A DNA stretch of 63,097 bases, counting the filler, from Nemertoderma westbladi (Eukaryota > Animalia > Xenacoelomorpha), in the NCBI GenBank assembly GCA_032718475.1. It is 3 parts of 3 records of this genome, joined end to end, with 100 filler letters (N's around TTAATTAATTAA, not from the genome) between each part and the next. Parts side by side here need not be neighbours in the genome. Positions count along the whole stretch, not along the records: positions 53,625 to 63,097 come from JAUCBJ010005088.1; 2 more parts are not named here. One strand, given 5' to 3'. The notes beneath the pieces are model-generated. The model saw only the letters and a program-made list of their open reading frames with translations. It searched no databases and was not told the origin of the DNA. Below, piece by piece: positions 62,946 through 63,097 of this stretch; positions within the stretch are counted from its first letter, which is position 1; each line of letters starts with the position of its first letter. The translations under genes were made by a program, and so were the position numbers.

Positions 62946-63097
62946 ATTTGAATGTAAATATGACTAATAAATACCGTTGCAGCTTATAAACTTATTAAAT
63001 TGATTGATTTTGAGTGTATACCCGTAGAGGATCATACGAATTCCTAGAATTGCAGTTGTATCTTATAAACATGTAGATAAACTACTCTTAATGTATC

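Overview
AT-rich, repeat-dense animal (invertebrate-like) genomic DNA. It consists of three contigs joined by artificial N44-TTAATTAATTAA-N44 linkers (22116-22215, 53525-53624), so adjacency across the linkers is unproven. Host genes: an intronless NR1H nuclear receptor (EcR/LXR/FXR group, 11830-13446, minus strand); an Apaf-1-like CARD/NB-ARC/WD40 gene with one coding intron and an in-frame TAA (44695-50125); a C2H2 zinc-finger gene split at an A8 run; SWI5; and a tandem rhodanese protein that lacks both catalytic cysteines. The rest is mostly transposons: CR1, RTE-like and CRE-like retroelements, an Academ-like remnant, MULE/hAT/Kolobok-like MITEs and Helentron-associated (HINE-like) elements. 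There are also several tandem arrays (315, 22, 47, 30, 23, 74 and ~420 bp units). I found no CRISPR array and no clearly new multi-gene system. The most notable signals are three satellites visibly built from transposon sequence (one from a retrotransposon endonuclease coding region, one carrying periodic CTCF-like motifs), the mosaic NR1H receptor, the pseudo-rhodanese, and the near absence of introns. All family assignments come from motif recognition by eye; no database searches were run.
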